Positions 26,563-37,394 of a stretch of DNA of 40,054 nucleotides are shown in pieces. The position numbers were made by a program, and so were the translations under genes. The stretch covers positions 1-40,054 of the forward strand of contig JBCBJG010000001.1 of the NCBI GenBank assembly GCA_038523655.1. The letters run 5' to 3'. The DNA comes from Pseudomonadota bacterium. GTDB taxonomy: Bacteria; Pseudomonadota; Alphaproteobacteria; Rhizobiales; CALHAX01. The first letter of the stretch is position 1, and the number at the start of each line of letters is the position of its first letter. Under the pieces are notes generated by a model, which worked only from the letters and a program-made list of their open reading frames with translations, ran no database searches and had not been told where the DNA came from.

Positions 26563-27822
26563 CTACAGGACGTCGTCGAGCGCCGCGAGCAGGCGATCGA
26601 CTTCCGACGGGCTGTTGTAGTGCACCAGGCTGAGCCGCACGACGCCGTCTTCCGCGGACATGCCCATCGCCTCGATCAGTCGCACCGCGTAAAAATCGCT
26701 TACGCCGCAGGCGATCTGGCGCGCGCGCAGATGCTCGGAAATCGTGTTGTTGGCAACCGTGTCGCTCTTGAAGGCGATGGTCGCGGCGCGGCGGTGCGGC
26801 TCGGCGTGGTCCGGACCGATGATCCGCACGCCCTTTTCGCGAAGAAGCGCGAGGATGCGCTCTGCCTGTTCGGCTTCATGCTGCGCCATCAGGTGCTTTA
26901 TGCGGGCGAGACGTTCGGGAAGCGGCGCGTCCGAGCCGGCGAAATGATGCCGGTCGAGCGCGTCGAGGTAGTCCACCACGCCCCCGGCGCAGGCGATCTC
27001 ACCATGCTGCGGGCCGGCTGGGGTCAGGCGTTTGCCGGGGCTGGCGGCGTTGAAGAAGTGCCCTTGGTTCGGCATTTCGGCCAAAAGCTCTGGCGCGACG
27101 TAGAGCAGCCCCTGATGTGGACCGAATGTCTTGTAGAGAGAGAAATAATACGCGTCGACGCCAAGCTCGGCGAGGTTTGGCAGGCCATGCGGCGCGTAGG
27201 AGACCCCATCCACGGCGATCCGCGCGCCCGCCGCATGGGCTCGCTCGGCCAGGGCGCGCACGTCGTGGATCTCACCGGCTAGGTTCGAGCAATGTGTGAC
27301 GAATACCCACCGAGTGCGCTCGTTCAGCAGCGCATCGAGCCCGGCGGTGTCCAAGCGGCCGGTCTCAGGGTCTACCTGCCATTCGCGCACGACGAAGCCG
27401 GAATTACCCTCCGCGAGGCGATGCCAGACGCCGACGTTCGCCTCATGGTCCTGGTTGGTGACGATCACCTCGTCGCCGGGCGCGAGCATGCTCCGCAACG
27501 CCATGCTTAAGACATAGGTATTCATGGACGTCGACGGGCCGAACATCACCGTCTCCGCCGGCACGCCCAGCGCTTCAGCGAAGCGGACATGGCTTCGGTC
27601 CATTTCCCGGCCGGTCTCTTCGGAGGGGTCGCTCGGGCCGTAGGGCTGAACCTTTGCGGCGACCATGAAGCGCGCGAGGCGGTCGACGACCGGGCGCGCC
27701 GCGTAGGCGCCGCCGGCGTTCTCGAAGAACGCCCAATCGGCGCTATCGGGGTGTTCGAACGCGGGGAATTGCGCGCGGACGTAGTCGATGTCCAACGACG
27801 GGGCGGCTTCGGGTCGAGACAT
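26563..27822 (-). CDS. class V-fold PLP-dependent aminotransferase (cysteine desulfurase/selenocysteine lyase-like)
   Basis: 419 aa with FENAGGAY..., VIVTNQDHEANV, VTHCSNLAGEIHDV and FSLYKTFGP (candidate PLP Lys in the SLYK context). Confidence 0.85.
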   Translation of the reverse strand: MSRPEAAPSLDIDYVRAQFPAFEHPDSADWAFFENAGGAYAARPVVDRLARFMVAAKVQPYGPSDPSEETGREMDRSHVRFAEALGVPAETVMFGPSTSMNTYVLSMALRSMLAPGDEVIVTNQDHEANVGVWHRLAEGNSGFVVREWQVDPETGRLDTAGLDALLNERTRWVFVTHCSNLAGEIHDVRALAERAHAAGARIAVDGVSYAPHGLPNLAELGVDAYYFSLYKTFGPHQGLLYVAPELLAEMPNQGHFFNAASPGKRLTPAGPQHGEIACAGGVVDYLDALDRHHFAGSDAPLPERLARIKHLMAQHEAEQAERILALLREKGVRIIGPDHAEPHRRAATIAFKSDTVANNTISEHLRARQIACGVSDFYAVRLIEAMGMSAEDGVVRLSLVHYNSPSEVDRLLAALDDVL

Positions 27823-27826
27823 GCGC

Positions 27827-28621
27827 TCAGGCGTCCTTCACGGGTACGGTGTAGTTGAGGCCCATCCGCCCGCCGTCCGGGTAGATCGTCTGGCCGGTGA
27901 TGTAGCTCGACAGGTCGGACGCAAGGAACGCGGCGATCTTGCCGATTTCATCGGGTCGGCCGGGCCGGCCCATCGGCGTGCGGGACATGATCGCGCGATA
28001 TTTCTCCGGGTTCGCGGCGACCGCTTCGAACATTTCCGTCGCGATCGATCCCGGGCCGATCGCGTTGACCCGGATGCCCTCGCGCGCAAGGCGAATGCCC
28101 AGGACTTTCGTCCACTGGTTCACGCCGCCTTTCGCGATCACGTAAGGCGCAATTTCGGGGATCGCGAGCACTGCGTTGGCCGACGACATGTTGATGATCG
28201 TGCCGCGGGCGCCGTCTGCGTCCGGGTCCTGGGTCATCATCTGGCGGGCCGCGCTTTGTCCGGTGAGGAAAACGCCCTTCAGGTTCACGGCGAGGACACG
28301 GTCGTAGTCAGCCTCATCGAGCTCGAGGGGATCGTCGACATGGACGATCCCGGCATTTGCGATCGCGCAGTCGAGCCGCCCATAGGTCTCGACCGTGAAC
28401 GAGATCGCCGCCTCGATGTCGGCGCGACTGGTCACGTCGCAGCGCCGGTAGTGGACGTTGCCGCCGGCCGCCGACAGTTTCTCGACCGCGTGGGCGCCGA
28501 GTTCATCCTCCACGTCGGTCAGCACCACGCGGGCGCCTTGCCGGACGAAGGTCTCGGCACAGGCATAGCCGAGCCCGCGGGCAGCACCGGTGATGAGGGC
28601 GGTCTTGCCGTCCAAAAGCAT
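27827..28621 (-). CDS. SDR family oxidoreductase (glucose/3-oxoacyl reductase-like)
   Basis: ATG at 28621 with GGAGA SD gives MLLDGKTALITGAARGLGYA (TGxxxGxG), NAGI, and the S...YVIAK catalytic triad. The stop lies 4 nt before the aminotransferase start. Confidence 0.9.
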   Translation of the reverse strand: MLLDGKTALITGAARGLGYACAETFVRQGARVVLTDVEDELGAHAVEKLSAAGGNVHYRRCDVTSRADIEAAISFTVETYGRLDCAIANAGIVHVDDPLELDEADYDRVLAVNLKGVFLTGQSAARQMMTQDPDADGARGTIINMSSANAVLAIPEIAPYVIAKGGVNQWTKVLGIRLAREGIRVNAIGPGSIATEMFEAVAANPEKYRAIMSRTPMGRPGRPDEIGKIAAFLASDLSSYITGQTIYPDGGRMGLNYTVPVKDA

Positions 28622-28864
28622 GGCATTCTCCAACGTGACGTATGGGGGCGCGATCCGTGGGCGCATGTCCGCTTACGACGCAGCCGCCCTTCACTCTGCC
28701 ATCGGCGTATCACCGGGCGGCAACACCTGCCAACGCCTCGCGATAACCAACAGGCTCCGCGACTTGCGCTGTGGTCGAGGGCTGCTAGGCAGCGGGCGAG
28801 TGCGAGGTGGGTGAACAACGGGTGCGCGGCTGCGGTATCGGGCGCCCGAAGGTCGGCGGGGGTG

Positions 28865-30157
28865 ATGGCAAAGAGCGAACCAATGCCTGCATCTTCCGGT
28901 GCGGTCGGATTTGCCGCGACGCATCTGGTGCCGAGGCTGGCGACCATCGCGGCGATCATCGCCTGTTTGCTGCTGGTGCCGCGCCCTTCACAGGTGATCG
29001 CCGTCATCATTGCGGCGTCGCTTGGCGTGCACATCTGGCATCGCGGGGCCGGTCACCGGTTATTGCGCGAGACACAGACGGTTGTCGCCGCGGCGGTGCC
29101 GGTACTCGGGTTTTATGTGGTGGCGTGTATCATCACCCTGATCACCGCATTCGCACCGGCGGAACATGCGTTGCGATCCCTCGAGATGTTTGCGGCCCAT
29201 GCGGTGGTGCTCACATTTTTCATCCTCGGGCGTGCAGTCGGACGCGTTGAGTGGATGGTCGTGCACAACTGGACTTTCGGCGTCGTTGTCGCCGCGACCG
29301 CGCTACTCGTGGTCGATCAGAATGCTTTTTTTATCCGCGGACTGGTGACGCCCGACGACGCACGGGTGGTTCCGTCCGATCCGAACCGGGCGTTTCTGAT
29401 TTGCTCGTTCGCGCTCGCATTTTTCCTCGCCCTTTGGACGCAACTCGGGGCGTGGCGCCGTGCCGGCCTGACGATCGCGCTGCTCGCCGCGATGTTCGTC
29501 GTTAGCGCCTCTGAATCAGCGCGACTCGTTGCATTGATTGCGTTGGTGTTCGCCGTGTTGCGGCCGGCCGGGGCGCGGTGGATGCTCGGTACCGCGGTCG
29601 TGGCCGCGCTGGCGCTCATGGTCGTCGGGCCATTCGTCTGGGGACCGATCACCGCGGCGTGGGAGGCCGGGCCGCTCGCGGACTTTAAACGCTACACGTT
29701 TCTCGCGCGCTTACAGACGTGGTCCGACTTCAGCACGCTCATCCGGGAAAGCTGGTTCCTCGGGCGCGGGCTCGACGTCTCCAAACTGATCGCTGCTCAA
29801 CCTGAATTCTTCCGCATGCCGACCGTGCCATGCGGGGCCGGGCTAAAGTTCTGTCCGTGGCATCCGCACAATGTCGGCGTGCAGGTCGTCACGGATCTCG
29901 GTGCGCTTGGTATCGTCTGGTTCACGGCGATGCTTGCGCTGGTGGCGCGCTGGGTGAGCCGCCGCTTCAAGGGGCCGGAGCGGGTTGCGCTCGCTGCGAT
30001 GCTGGTCAGCTTTCTCGCGGTAAGTTTTGTCGCCGACGGAATGTGGCAGTGGTGGTGGTGGCTGACTGCCGGGCTGATTGCGGCGTGGCTCGGGCTCGCG
30101 TCGGCGCAGCGCGACGGGCCAGAGGAAAACGCTGAGCAAGCCGCTGCCGAGCAATAA
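28865..30157 (+). CDS. O-antigen ligase (Wzy_C/RfaL/ExoQ-like) family membrane protein
   Basis: About 430 aa polytopic membrane protein from ATG 28865, with a periplasmic loop containing ...CPWHPHNVGVQVVTDLGALGIVWF, similar to the H-x-H-N...G motif of O-antigen ligases. The 5' part of the 789-aa track ORF is an antisense artefact. Confidence 0.75.
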   Translation: MAKSEPMPASSGAVGFAATHLVPRLATIAAIIACLLLVPRPSQVIAVIIAASLGVHIWHRGAGHRLLRETQTVVAAAVPVLGFYVVACIITLITAFAPAEHALRSLEMFAAHAVVLTFFILGRAVGRVEWMVVHNWTFGVVVAATALLVVDQNAFFIRGLVTPDDARVVPSDPNRAFLICSFALAFFLALWTQLGAWRRAGLTIALLAAMFVVSASESARLVALIALVFAVLRPAGARWMLGTAVVAALALMVVGPFVWGPITAAWEAGPLADFKRYTFLARLQTWSDFSTLIRESWFLGRGLDVSKLIAAQPEFFRMPTVPCGAGLKFCPWHPHNVGVQVVTDLGALGIVWFTAMLALVARWVSRRFKGPERVALAAMLVSFLAVSFVADGMWQWWWWLTAGLIAAWLGLASAQRDGPEENAEQAAAEQ

Positions 30158-30187
30158 AAAAGGCCGGGCGCGATCACACCCGGCCTT
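30158..30187 (-). terminator. Rho-independent terminator of pnp
   Basis: 9-bp stem AAGGCCGGG (30160-30168) / CCCGGCCTT (30179-30187) with a 10-nt loop. On the minus strand it is followed by a U-tract (complement of the A-run at 30156-30160). It lies 40 nt downstream of the pnp stop. Confidence 0.7.
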
Positions 30188-30228
30188 CCATAACACTCTT
30201 CGTTGCCACAGCAGCAGCAGGTGCGCGC

Positions 30229-32409
30229 CTAGTCCTCGCGGCGACGTCGACCACGGCCACCGCCACGATTTCCGCGCGGACCCGTATCATCGTCTTCCAT
30301 GCCTTCGATCTGTTCGCCGGTCTCCTGGTCGACGACCTTCATCGACAGGCGGACCTTGCCGCGATCGTCGAGACCGACGAGCTTCACGTAGACCTGCTCG
30401 CCTTCCTTCACGACCTGATCGACCGTGTCCGGACGCATCTCGCTGGTAAGCTGCGAAATGTGGACAAGGCCATCGCGCGATCCGAAGAAGTTCACGAAGG
30501 CGCCGAAGTCGACGACTTTCACGACCTTGCCTTTGTAGATCGCGCCGACCTCAGGCTCCGCGACGATCTCGTTAATCATCTGCTTCGCCTTGTCGATTGC
30601 CTCCGCGGAGGAGCCGGCGATCTTGATGATGCCTTCGTCGTCGATGTTCACCTTGGCGCCGGACTCTTCAACGATGCCGCGGATGACGGAACCACCGGTG
30701 CCGATCACTTCGCGGATTTTCTCCGTCTTGATCTGCATCGTCTCGATCCGCGGGGCATGCTCGCCGATGTCGTCACGCGCACCATCGAGCGCTTTCGACA
30801 TCTCACCGAGGATGTGTTTGCGACCGCCCTCTGCCTGCTCCAGCGCGATCTTCATGATCTCCTCGGTGATACCAGTGATCTTGATATCCATCTGGAGGGA
30901 CGTAATGCCGTCTTCGGTGCCGGCGACCTTGAAGTCCATGTCGCCGAGATGATCCTCGTCGCCGAGGATGTCGGAGAGGACGGCAAACTCGTCGCCTTCT
31001 TTGATCAGACCCATCGCGATGCCAGCGACCGGACGGGCGAGCGGAACGCCTGCATCCATCATTGCAAGTGAGGTCCCGCAAACAGTCGCCATGGAGGACG
31101 AACCGTTCGATTCCGTGATCTCGGAGACCGCACGGATTGTGTAGGGAAATTCCTCCGCCGTCGGCATCAACGGACGGATCGCGCGCCAAGCGAGTTTGCC
31201 GTGACCAATTTCCCGGCGGCCGGTGAAGCCGACGCGGCCCGTCTCACCAACGGAGAACGGAGGGAAATTGTAATGCAGCAAGAAACGCTCGCGATAGGTT
31301 CCCTCGAGCGCGTCGACGAACTGCTCGTCTTCGCCGGTGCCGAGCGTGGCGACCACCAGTGCCTGGGTTTCACCACGCGTGAACAGCGCCGAGCCGTGGG
31401 TGCGTGGAAGCACGCCGACTTCGGATACGATCGGGCGGACCGTTTCGAGATCACGCCCGTCGATGCGTTTGCGGGTTTTCAGGATGTCGCCACGAACAAC
31501 GTCTTTCTCGAGGTCCTTGAAGACACCGCCGATCGTCGTTGCTTCGCTGCCGTTGTCGCCGGACGGTAGCAGCTCTTCCATGACCTTGGCTTTGACGGCG
31601 GAGACTTTCGCCTGACGTTCCATCTTCTCAGGCGTCGCGAACGCTTCGCGCAGGCCGTCTTCGGCGATGCGCTTGACGTCTGCGTCGTACTTCGACGTGT
31701 CTTTCGCTTTGACGTCCCACGGCTCTTTCGCGGCCTTCTCGGCGAGGCGGATGACAGCGTCGATGATCGTCTGGAACTGCTCGTGGCCGAACATCACGGC
31801 CTTGAGCATCTGCTCTTCGGACAGCTCTTTTGCTTCCGACTCGACCATCAGAACCGCGTCACCGGTACCGGCGACAACCAGATCGAGGTCAGAATTCTCC
31901 ATCTCGTCGATCATCGGGTTGAGGACGTACTCACCGTCGATCATGCCGACGCGGGCGGCGCCGATGGGCCCCATGAAGGGGACGCCCGAGATCGTGAGTG
32001 CGGCGGACGTGGCAACGAGCGCGACGATGTCCGGATCGTTCTCCAGATCGTGGCTCAATACGTTGATGATGACCTGCGTCTCGTTCTTGAAGCCCGGTGC
32101 GAAAAGCGGGCGGATCGGCCGGTCGATCAGGCGAGAGGTGAGCGTTTCCTTTTCGGATGGACGCCCTTCGCGCTTGAAGTAGCCACCCGGGATCTTGCCG
32201 GCGGCGTACGATTTTTCCTGGTAGTTCACGGTCAGCGGGAAGAAATCGATCCCCGGGCGGACATCGCGCGCGGCGACGACGGTCGCAAGAACGGTGGTCT
32301 CGCCGTAGGTTACGAGCACTGCACCGTCGGCCTGGCGTGCCATGCGCCCGGTTTCCATGGTGAGCGTGCGCCCGCCCCAATCGAATTCTTCTCTAGCTAT
32401 CTCAAACAT
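30229..32409 (-). CDS. pnp: polyribonucleotide nucleotidyltransferase (PNPase)
   Basis: [31 protein letters not shown]... Two RNase PH domains, KH and S1 domains, and a basic RGG-like tail. The ATG at 32409 matches the family N-terminus. Confidence 0.97.
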   Translation of the reverse strand: MFEIAREEFDWGGRTLTMETGRMARQADGAVLVTYGETTVLATVVAARDVRPGIDFFPLTVNYQEKSYAAGKIPGGYFKREGRPSEKETLTSRLIDRPIRPLFAPGFKNETQVIINVLSHDLENDPDIVALVATSAALTISGVPFMGPIGAARVGMIDGEYVLNPMIDEMENSDLDLVVAGTGDAVLMVESEAKELSEEQMLKAVMFGHEQFQTIIDAVIRLAEKAAKEPWDVKAKDTSKYDADVKRIAEDGLREAFATPEKMERQAKVSAVKAKVMEELLPSGDNGSEATTIGGVFKDLEKDVVRGDILKTRKRIDGRDLETVRPIVSEVGVLPRTHGSALFTRGETQALVVATLGTGEDEQFVDALEGTYRERFLLHYNFPPFSVGETGRVGFTGRREIGHGKLAWRAIRPLMPTAEEFPYTIRAVSEITESNGSSSMATVCGTSLAMMDAGVPLARPVAGIAMGLIKEGDEFAVLSDILGDEDHLGDMDFKVAGTEDGITSLQMDIKITGITEEIMKIALEQAEGGRKHILGEMSKALDGARDDIGEHAPRIETMQIKTEKIREVIGTGGSVIRGIVEESGAKVNIDDEGIIKIAGSSAEAIDKAKQMINEIVAEPEVGAIYKGKVVKVVDFGAFVNFFGSRDGLVHISQLTSEMRPDTVDQVVKEGEQVYVKLVGLDDRGKVRLSMKVVDQETGEQIEGMEDDDTGPRGNRGGGRGRRRRED

Positions 32410-32615
32410 GCGTTCGTCTTTCTTGGGTGACACGCTGGCGGATTCCAGCGCGCTGTTTCGGTCTGCGGTAGAATGGACCTTTGGTCTTGCGTCGGTGATG
32501 CGCCGGGTGGTCCGCCCGGTTTTTTATCCGCGAGCAGCCCGCATGGGCTACGCGCTCTGACGCTCTGCGCCGTCGCACCCTGTGCGCGTATCGCGCGCGG
32601 AAGTTACAGGCGCGC
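32410..32615 (-). promoter_or_regulatory. pnp 5' leader (rpsO-pnp intergenic region, structured)
   Basis: About 205 nt lie between the rpsO terminator and the pnp ATG, with several GC-rich hairpins. In E. coli the equivalent leader mediates RNase III/PNPase autoregulation. This is an analogy only, not sequence homology. Confidence 0.4.
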
Positions 32616-32643
32616 AAAACGAAAACGCGCCCCGAAGGACGCG
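32616..32643 (-). terminator. Rho-independent terminator/attenuator after rpsO
   Basis: The minus strand reads GCGCGUCC-uucg-GGGCGCG followed by UUUUCGUUUU, starting 13 nt after the rpsO stop. Confidence 0.7.
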
Positions 32644-32655
32644 CTTTGGTGCCAG

Positions 32656-32925
32656 TTAGCGGCGGATGCCGAGCTTCTGAATCAGCTCACGATACTTCGC
32701 CTCGTCTTTTCCCTTGATGTAATCGAGGTGACGACGACGCTGGGACACCATTTTGAGGAGACCACGACGCGAGTGGTTGTCTTTCTTGTGCGACTTGAAG
32801 TGCTCGGTCAGGTTCACAATCCGCTCGGTGAGAACGGCGACCTGGACCTCGGGCGAGCCCGTGTCGCTTGGGTTCGTTGCGTATTCCTTGATGAGCGTCT
32901 GCTTGCGCTCGGCCGTGATCGACAT
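32656..32925 (-). CDS. rpsO: 30S ribosomal protein S15
   Basis: 89 aa: [57 protein letters not shown]... Confidence 0.95.
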   Translation of the reverse strand: MSITAERKQTLIKEYATNPSDTGSPEVQVAVLTERIVNLTEHFKSHKKDNHSRRGLLKMVSQRRRHLDYIKGKDEAKYRELIQKLGIRR

Positions 32926-32963
32926 CGTCAACTCCATATCGGTTATGTCGCTGCCCCGCCGCG

Positions 32964-33890
32964 TCAGCCCGTCAAATCGAAGACGCGCGTCGGCCGCATT
33001 TCACCGCGTTGCACATCGCCAAGCGCGACAAGCGTGCCTCGCGAAAGCGCATAAACGGGGCCTGTGAGAATGGGAGCGTCGCGGCCTCTAAGGAGAACAG
33101 CCTGCCCCCGCTTCAACCGCGCCGCATCGTCTGAACTGACGGGCAGTGCCGGGATGTCGTCCAGCGCGCTCTCGACAGGTTCGAGAGTGCCGTCAAGTTC
33201 GACGCGATCGGCGGCCTTATCGCTCAACTCCTCCAGCTTTTCCAGAGAAATCGCGCGCGCGTCGTCGTAGGGGCCAACCCGGGTGCGGCGCAGGGCGGTG
33301 ACGTGGCCGAGACAGCCGAGATGCTCACCGAGATCGCGGGCGAGCGCCCGTACATAGGTGCCCTTGCCGCAGATCGCCTCGAAAACCGCCGTGTCGACGT
33401 CGATGTGGTCGACCATCTTGAGCTGTTCGACGAGCACGCTACGCGGCTTGATCTCGAACTCCTCCCCGTCGCGGGCGAGATCGTACGCCCGCTCGCCGTC
33501 GATCCGGATGGCGGAGAATTTCGGCGGTATCTGCTGGATTTCGCCTGTGAGGGTGGGGAGCGCTGCTTCGATCGTTGCGGGGTCAGGGCGCGCGTCGCTG
33601 CGCGCAATGATCTCGCCCTCGGTGTCATCCGTCGAGGTACGCGCACCCCAGCGAACCGTGAAACGATAGCCCTTCGTGCCATCCATGACGTAGGGCACCG
33701 TTTTGGTTGCCTCACCGAATGCGAGCGGGAGGATGCCAGTTGCAAGTGGGTCGAGGGTGCCGGCGTGACCGACTTTCTGCGCGTCGAACAGCCGTTTAAG
33801 ACGACCGACGATGTGCGTCGAGGTAACGCCACTGGGCTTGTCGAGCACCAGCCAGCCGTTGATGCGGCGCCCCTTCTTTCTGCGAGCCAC
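32964..33890 (-). CDS. truB: tRNA pseudouridine(55) synthase TruB
   Basis: [52 protein letters not shown]. The GTG at 33890 is preceded by GGAGAAtata; the track's longer start at 33941 lacks an SD. Confidence 0.93.
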   Translation of the reverse strand: MARRKKGRRINGWLVLDKPSGVTSTHIVGRLKRLFDAQKVGHAGTLDPLATGILPLAFGEATKTVPYVMDGTKGYRFTVRWGARTSTDDTEGEIIARSDARPDPATIEAALPTLTGEIQQIPPKFSAIRIDGERAYDLARDGEEFEIKPRSVLVEQLKMVDHIDVDTAVFEAICGKGTYVRALARDLGEHLGCLGHVTALRRTRVGPYDDARAISLEKLEELSDKAADRVELDGTLEPVESALDDIPALPVSSDDAARLKRGQAVLLRGRDAPILTGPVYALSRGTLVALGDVQRGEMRPTRVFDLTG

Positions 33891-33961
33891 TATATTCTCC
33901 AAACTGCAGTTGGGAAGCTTCGCGCCGCGAGCAGGGTGCACCGCGCCTGCCGGGAAGGGGC

Positions 33962-34363
33962 TCAGTCGCCCACCGAGTTTGTGTCACGCGCGACGCCCGG
34001 ATCGCGAAGCGCTGCATCGATTTTCTGTCCCTCGTCAAACGAGGTGTCGAGCCGGAATTGCACCGCGGGGGTGAACTTCAGCTCGATCCGGCGGCCGAGC
34101 GCACCGCGAATGAATTTGGCGTGACGGTTGAGCGCCGCGATCACGCTTTTGGCGTTTCGCCCGCCGAGCGGCATTACGTATGCGGTCGCGTTGCGCCCGT
34201 CGGGGCTCACACGCGCCTCAGAGACGGTGATGAACGCATCGGTGAGGTCTTCATCGCGGATCTGCGTGTCGCGGAGAATTTCGGCCAACGCGTGCCGGAC
34301 AACCTCGCCCATGCGCAGCTGACGCTGCGACGGACCGCGCGCGCGGGGCAATTGATCAGCCAT
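33962..34363 (-). CDS. rbfA: ribosome-binding factor A
   Basis: 133 aa: SQRQLRMGEVVRHALAEIL...ITVSEARVSPDGRNATAYV... Confidence 0.93.
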   Translation of the reverse strand: MADQLPRARGPSQRQLRMGEVVRHALAEILRDTQIRDEDLTDAFITVSEARVSPDGRNATAYVMPLGGRNAKSVIAALNRHAKFIRGALGRRIELKFTPAVQFRLDTSFDEGQKIDAALRDPGVARDTNSVGD

Positions 34364-34801
34364 GCGTGTGTTCCAAAGCCAACCTGGCGAACCGTTTCGC
34401 TTCCTGCGAGGACGAACATCCTCGAGGGGGTATCACATGCCCGCACGTTGGATCGGCCCACAAAATGATGTGGTGTTCCAGAGCGCTGGCGTCGATGAAG
34501 CCCGACCACTTGTTCATGGACTTGGTGTGATCGTGAGCAAATGCCGCTGTGTCGCGGTGAGCGCAATTTCGCTCACACGTAGGTTTTGCGCGCGAAATTT
34601 CCTTCTTAGCGCCAGCGCTCTCAACGTCACGGTTGTCGCCCAACCGAGTGCAAGCCCCGTGAGGGATGCGGTGGCGAACGGCACCGTCCAGCGGCAAACA
34701 AAGAATTGCTGCCTGCACGCACGATCGAGGACTTTAAAATCGTCCAAAGTCATCCGCCATCGCGCATCGAACGCCACTAGATCGGGCACGCGCGCCGCTC
34801 G

Positions 34802-37384
34802 TTAAAGCGTCCGCGCGATCTCTTCCGTCGTGAAACACTCGATCACGTCGCCGACACGCATGTCTTCGTACTTCTCGAACGCCATGCCGCATTCCTGGCC
34901 GCCCTGCACTTCCTTGACCTCGTCCTTGAAGCGCTTGAGCGTTGACAGTGTGCCCTCGTGGATCACGACGTCGTCGCGGATCAGGCGGACCTTCGCGCCG
35001 CGTTCGACCCTGCCTTCCGTCACCCTACAACCGGCGACCTTGCCGGTCTTCGAAATGTTGAAAATTTCGAGAATCTCGGCGTTACCAAGGAACGTCTCGC
35101 GGATCGTCGGGGCGAGCATGCCGGACATCGCGTCTTTCACGTCGTTCACGAGATCATAGATGATCGCGTACTGACGGATTTCGACGCCGGTCGATGAAGC
35201 GGCCTGCTTCGCCTGGGTGTTCGGGCGCGTGTTGAACGCCATGACCACCGCATCGGACGCGGCCGCTAGCGACACATCGGATTCCGTGACGCCGCCGACG
35301 CCGGAATGGATGATCCGGGCAGCAACTTCGTCCGTGTTCAACTTCTCGAGCGCGCCGGCAATCGCTTCTGCAGAGCCCTGCACATCAGCCTTCACGAGGA
35401 GCGGGAACTCCTGTTTGTCGGCTTCCTTGAGCTGGCTCATCATCTGCTCGAGCGAACGCGTGCCGCCTGTGCCTGCCGTCACGCGACGACGGCGCTCACG
35501 CTCGACGTACTCGGCGATCTCGCGGGCCTGCGCCTCGTCGGTCGCCACGTCGAAGACGTCACCTGCATCCGGTGCTGCGTTGAAGCCGAGCACTTCGACA
35601 GGCACCGACGGGCCAGCTTCCTTGACCTGTTTGCCGCGGTCGTCGATCAGCGCACGGACCTTGCCCCAGGCGGCGCCAGCAATGACGATGTCGCCGACCT
35701 TCAGCGTGCCACCCTGAACAAGCACCGTACCGACCGGGCCACGGCCACGCTCGAGCTTGGCTTCGACCACGACACCGTTGGCGCGGCGGGCCGGGTTGGC
35801 CTTCAGCTCCAACAGCTCTGCCTGCATGGCGATGGCGTCGAGCAAGCTGTCGAGGCCCTGCTTTTTCAGCGCGGAGACCTCAACCTCGAGCGTGTCACCG
35901 CTCATGCTTTCGACGATCACTTCATGCTGCAGAAGCTCGGTCCGGACGCGGTTCGGGTCGACATCGGGCAGGTCGATCTTGTTGATCGCCACGATGATCG
36001 GCACTTCGGCCGCCTTGGCGTGATTGATGGCCTCGATCGTCTGCGGCATGACACCGTCGTTTGCGGCGACCACGAGCACCACAATGTCCGTGCACTGCGC
36101 GCCGCGTGCCCGCATTGCCGTGAAGGCTTCGTGGCCCGGGGTGTCGATGAAGGCGATCTCCGCGCCGCTCGACGTTTTTACCCGATACGCGCCGATGTGC
36201 TGAGTAATGCCACCGGCCTCGCCGGAGACGACGTTCGCCTCGCGCAACGCATCCAGCAGGGACGTCTTGCCGTGATCGACGTGGCCCATGATCGTCACGA
36301 TCGGAGCACGCGAGACGAGCGCCGCGTCTTCGTCCGGCTCGCGCTGGAGACGGGTGAGCACGTCCGATTCCGCAACACGGTTGACGGTGTGGCCGAACTC
36401 CGTCGCGATCAGTTCAGCCGTGTCGGCGTCGATCACGTCGTTGATCTTGTGCATCTCGCCCTGTTTCATCAGGAACTTGATCACGTCGACGCCGCGCTCG
36501 GTCATCCGGTTAGCGAGTTCCTGGATGGTGATCGCTTCCGGAATGGTCACCGTCCGGGAAATCTTGTCACGCGGGGAGAGCGTGCCGGCCGCACGAGACT
36601 TCTCGCGCTCGCGGCGACGGCGCAGCGAGGCGAGTGAGCGCTCGCGCTGGCCCTCATCGAGGGCGTTGTTGATCGTGAGCTTGCCGCGCGTGCGCCGGTC
36701 ATCGCCCTGCTTGCGCTGGGGCTGGCGCGGTTCGGCAGCCTTTTTCCGCAGATCGGGCTTGCGGGCATCGGCGCTCGGGCGTTTCGCCGTCGCATCCGAT
36801 TTGAGCGCTGCGGCCTCGGCAGCGGATGGATCGACCACGCTCGGCGCAGCCGGCTTGGGTGCCTCACGGCGCTCGGCCGCCGGCTTCGCCTTCTCGGCAG
36901 CTTCGGCTTCCTGCTCGGCGCGACGACGGGCAACGGCCTCCTCGCGGCGGCGGGCTTCCTCGAGATCCGCCTGACGCTTGGCTTCAAGTTCGGCCCGGCG
37001 CTTGGCTTCCTCGGCCTGGCGGGTCTTCTCCTCCGCCTCGCGCGCCTTGGCCGCGTGCAGCGCACGCAGACGCGCATCCTTTTCCTCATTGGAAAGGGTT
37101 CGCCCACCTACACCGCCGGACTGCTGACGCTGCGACGGCTTGCGCTCGGCAGGCTTGCGCGGTGCCTTCGTGACCGTCGGCTGCTCCTTGAGCGCCGTCG
37201 TATCGGTCGTCGCTGCCGCTTCGCCTTTCGGCGCCGTGAACGTGCGTTTCGTGCGTTTCTCGACAACGACGTTTTTCGAGCGCCCGTGCGAGAAATTCTG
37301 ACGCACGTGTCCGGCGTCGACGGTGCGCTTCAAGCTGAGCGTCAGCGTCTTGCCACCGGTATCGTTGTCTTTGCTCTCACTCAT
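34802..37384 (-). CDS. infB: translation initiation factor IF-2
   Basis: GTPase domain ([27 protein letters not shown]), a charged E/R/A/K-rich N-terminal region and conserved C-terminal domains. The ATG at 37384 (MSESKDND...) avoids overlap with the upstream ylxR-like gene; the track start at 37441 would overlap it. Confidence 0.97.
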   Translation of the reverse strand: MSESKDNDTGGKTLTLSLKRTVDAGHVRQNFSHGRSKNVVVEKRTKRTFTAPKGEAAATTDTTALKEQPTVTKAPRKPAERKPSQRQQSGGVGGRTLSNEEKDARLRALHAAKAREAEEKTRQAEEAKRRAELEAKRQADLEEARRREEAVARRRAEQEAEAAEKAKPAAERREAPKPAAPSVVDPSAAEAAALKSDATAKRPSADARKPDLRKKAAEPRQPQRKQGDDRRTRGKLTINNALDEGQRERSLASLRRRREREKSRAAGTLSPRDKISRTVTIPEAITIQELANRMTERGVDVIKFLMKQGEMHKINDVIDADTAELIATEFGHTVNRVAESDVLTRLQREPDEDAALVSRAPIVTIMGHVDHGKTSLLDALREANVVSGEAGGITQHIGAYRVKTSSGAEIAFIDTPGHEAFTAMRARGAQCTDIVVLVVAANDGVMPQTIEAINHAKAAEVPIIVAINKIDLPDVDPNRVRTELLQHEVIVESMSGDTLEVEVSALKKQGLDSLLDAIAMQAELLELKANPARRANGVVVEAKLERGRGPVGTVLVQGGTLKVGDIVIAGAAWGKVRALIDDRGKQVKEAGPSVPVEVLGFNAAPDAGDVFDVATDEAQAREIAEYVERERRRRVTAGTGGTRSLEQMMSQLKEADKQEFPLLVKADVQGSAEAIAGALEKLNTDEVAARIIHSGVGGVTESDVSLAAASDAVVMAFNTRPNTQAKQAASSTGVEIRQYAIIYDLVNDVKDAMSGMLAPTIRETFLGNAEILEIFNISKTGKVAGCRVTEGRVERGAKVRLIRDDVVIHEGTLSTLKRFKDEVKEVQGGQECGMAFEKYEDMRVGDVIECFTTEEIARTL

Positions 37385-37394
37385 ACCTGTTTTG

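Noticed and set aside
27788-28864. The 5' 359 codons of the 789-aa plus-strand ORF (27788..30157), which would make a giant fusion protein.
   Set aside because: This part is exactly antisense to the well-supported SDR gene (27827..28621). It is Arg/Gly/Asp-rich with no recognisable domains. The membrane-protein signal starts at ATG 28865. This is a typical high-GC antisense open frame.
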